64,000 bases of DNA, taken from NCBI RefSeq assembly GCF_963921235.1, contig NC_086097.1:98458001-98522000 (forward strand). Reading direction: 5' to 3'. The notes beneath the pieces were generated by a model. It was not told the origin of the DNA. It saw only the letters and a list, made by a program, of their open reading frames with translations, and ran no database searches. The stretch comes from Mobula hypostoma (lineage: Eukaryota). A program made the translations under genes and the position numbers. Below are positions 62,575-64,000 of this stretch, in pieces. Position 1 is the first letter of the stretch; the number at the start of each line of letters is the position of its first letter.

Positions 62575-63742
62575 TTTAGACAATAGATGCAGGAGTAGGC
62601 CATTCGGCCCTTCGAGCCAGCACCGCCATTCACTGTGATCATGGCTGATCATCCACAATCAGTACCCCATTCCTGCCTTCTCTCCATATCCCTTGACTCT
62701 GCTATCATTAAGAGCTCTATCTAACTCTTTCTTGAAAGCATCCAGAGAATTGGCCTCCACTGCCTGCTGAGGCAAAGCATTCCACAGATCCACAACTCTC
62801 TGGGTGAAAAAGTTTCTCCTCAACTCCATTCTAAATGGCCTACCTCTTATTCTCAAATTGTGGCCTCTGGTCCTGCACTCCCCCAACATCAGGAGCATGT
62901 TTCCTGCCTCTAGCGTGTCCAATCCCTTAATAATCTTATATGTTTCAATCAGATCCCCCCTCATCCTTCTAAATTCCAGTGTATACAAGCCCAGTTGCTC
63001 CAATCTTTCAACATATGACAGTCCCGCCATCCCGGGAATTAACCTCATGAACCTCCGCTGCACTCCCTCAATAACAAGAATGTCCTTCCTCAAATTTGGA
63101 GACCAAAACTGTACACGATACTCCAGGTGTGGTCGCACCAGGGCCCTGTACAACTGCAGAAGGACCTTTTTGCTCCTATACTCAACTCCCCTGGTTATGA
63201 AGGCCAACATGCCATTTACTTTCTTCACTGCCTGCTGTACCTGCATGCTTACTTTCAGTGACTGATGAAGAAGGACACCTAGATCTTGTTGTACTTCCCC
63301 TTTTCCTAACTTGACACCATTCAGATAGTAATCTGTCTTCCTGTTATTGCCACCAAAGTGGATGACCTCACGTTTATCCACATTAAATTGCATCTGCCCA
63401 CTCACCCAACCTGTCTAAGTCATCCTGCATTAACTCAACATCCTCTGCACATTTCACACTGCCACCCAGCTTTGTGTCATCTGCAAATTTGCTAATGTTA
63501 CTTTTAATCCCTTCATCTAAATCATTAATGTGTATTGTAAATAGCTGTGGTCCCAGCACCGAGCCTTGCAGTACCCCACTAGTCACCGCCTGCCATTCTG
63601 AAAGGGACATGTTAATCCCTACTCTGTTTCCTGTCTGTCAAACCAATTTTCAGTCCATATCAGTATCCTAGCCCCAATACCATGTGGTCTAATTTTGTCC
63701 ACTAATCTCCTATGTGGGACCTTACCAAAGGCTTTCTGAAAT
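62575..63742 (-). mobile_element. 5'-truncated CR1 LINE with a 248-aa open C-terminal ORF2 segment
   Basis: GVLQGSVLGP, KFADDTKLGG, LYRALVRPHLEY; 3' UTR ending cctactcctgcatctattgtct. Confidence 0.93.
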
Positions 63743-63828
63743 TTTGCTAGCATCTTTAGTGATAATCAAAACATATCCTTCATCACATAATTAATGCAGA
63801 AGCTACAGAGGAGAAATTCCACGTATAC

Positions 63829-64000
63829 TTAGATTAGATTAGATTCAACTTTATTGTCATTGTGCCGAGTACGGACACAAAGCCAATGAAATGCAGTTAG
63901 CATCTGACCGGAAATGCAAAGCATAGTGTTATTTACAAAATAACTGCGAATAAAAAGTAAGTGCTACAACACACAAATATAAAAGTACTGAGACAGTACA
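63829..64000 (-). mobile_element. 3' end of a retroposon with a (TAATC)n tail, running off the window
   Basis: ttagattagattagattcaactttattgtcatt. Confidence 0.65.

Overview
Eukaryotic genomic DNA from a vertebrate. The repeat content (CR1, Rex1/Babar, Penelope, V-SINE/HE1-like) points to a cartilaginous fish, probably a ray; this is inference. The window lies entirely inside a plus-strand INO80 gene. Eleven GT-AG coding exons between 4886 and 40575 splice in frame to 1429 nt (476 codons + 1 nt). They encode the end of SNF2 ATPase lobe 1 (DEAQ box, LLLTGTP) and the INO80 insertion. Neither gene end is in the window. The introns are mostly transposable elements: a young SCAN-domain (Gmr1-like) Gypsy LTR element with intact gag-protease and a collapsed pol, a decayed Gypsy, an LTR remnant, several CR1 and Rex1/Babar LINEs, two Tc1 elements, a Tigger-like element, a hAT remnant, a complete non-autonomous Helitron, SINEs, an RTE-derived short element, and Penelope fragments carrying minimal hammerhead ribozyme motifs. 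Most ORF-track entries are TE fragments or spurious. Repeat boundaries without termini or TSDs are approximate, and family names come from motif recognition, not database searches.
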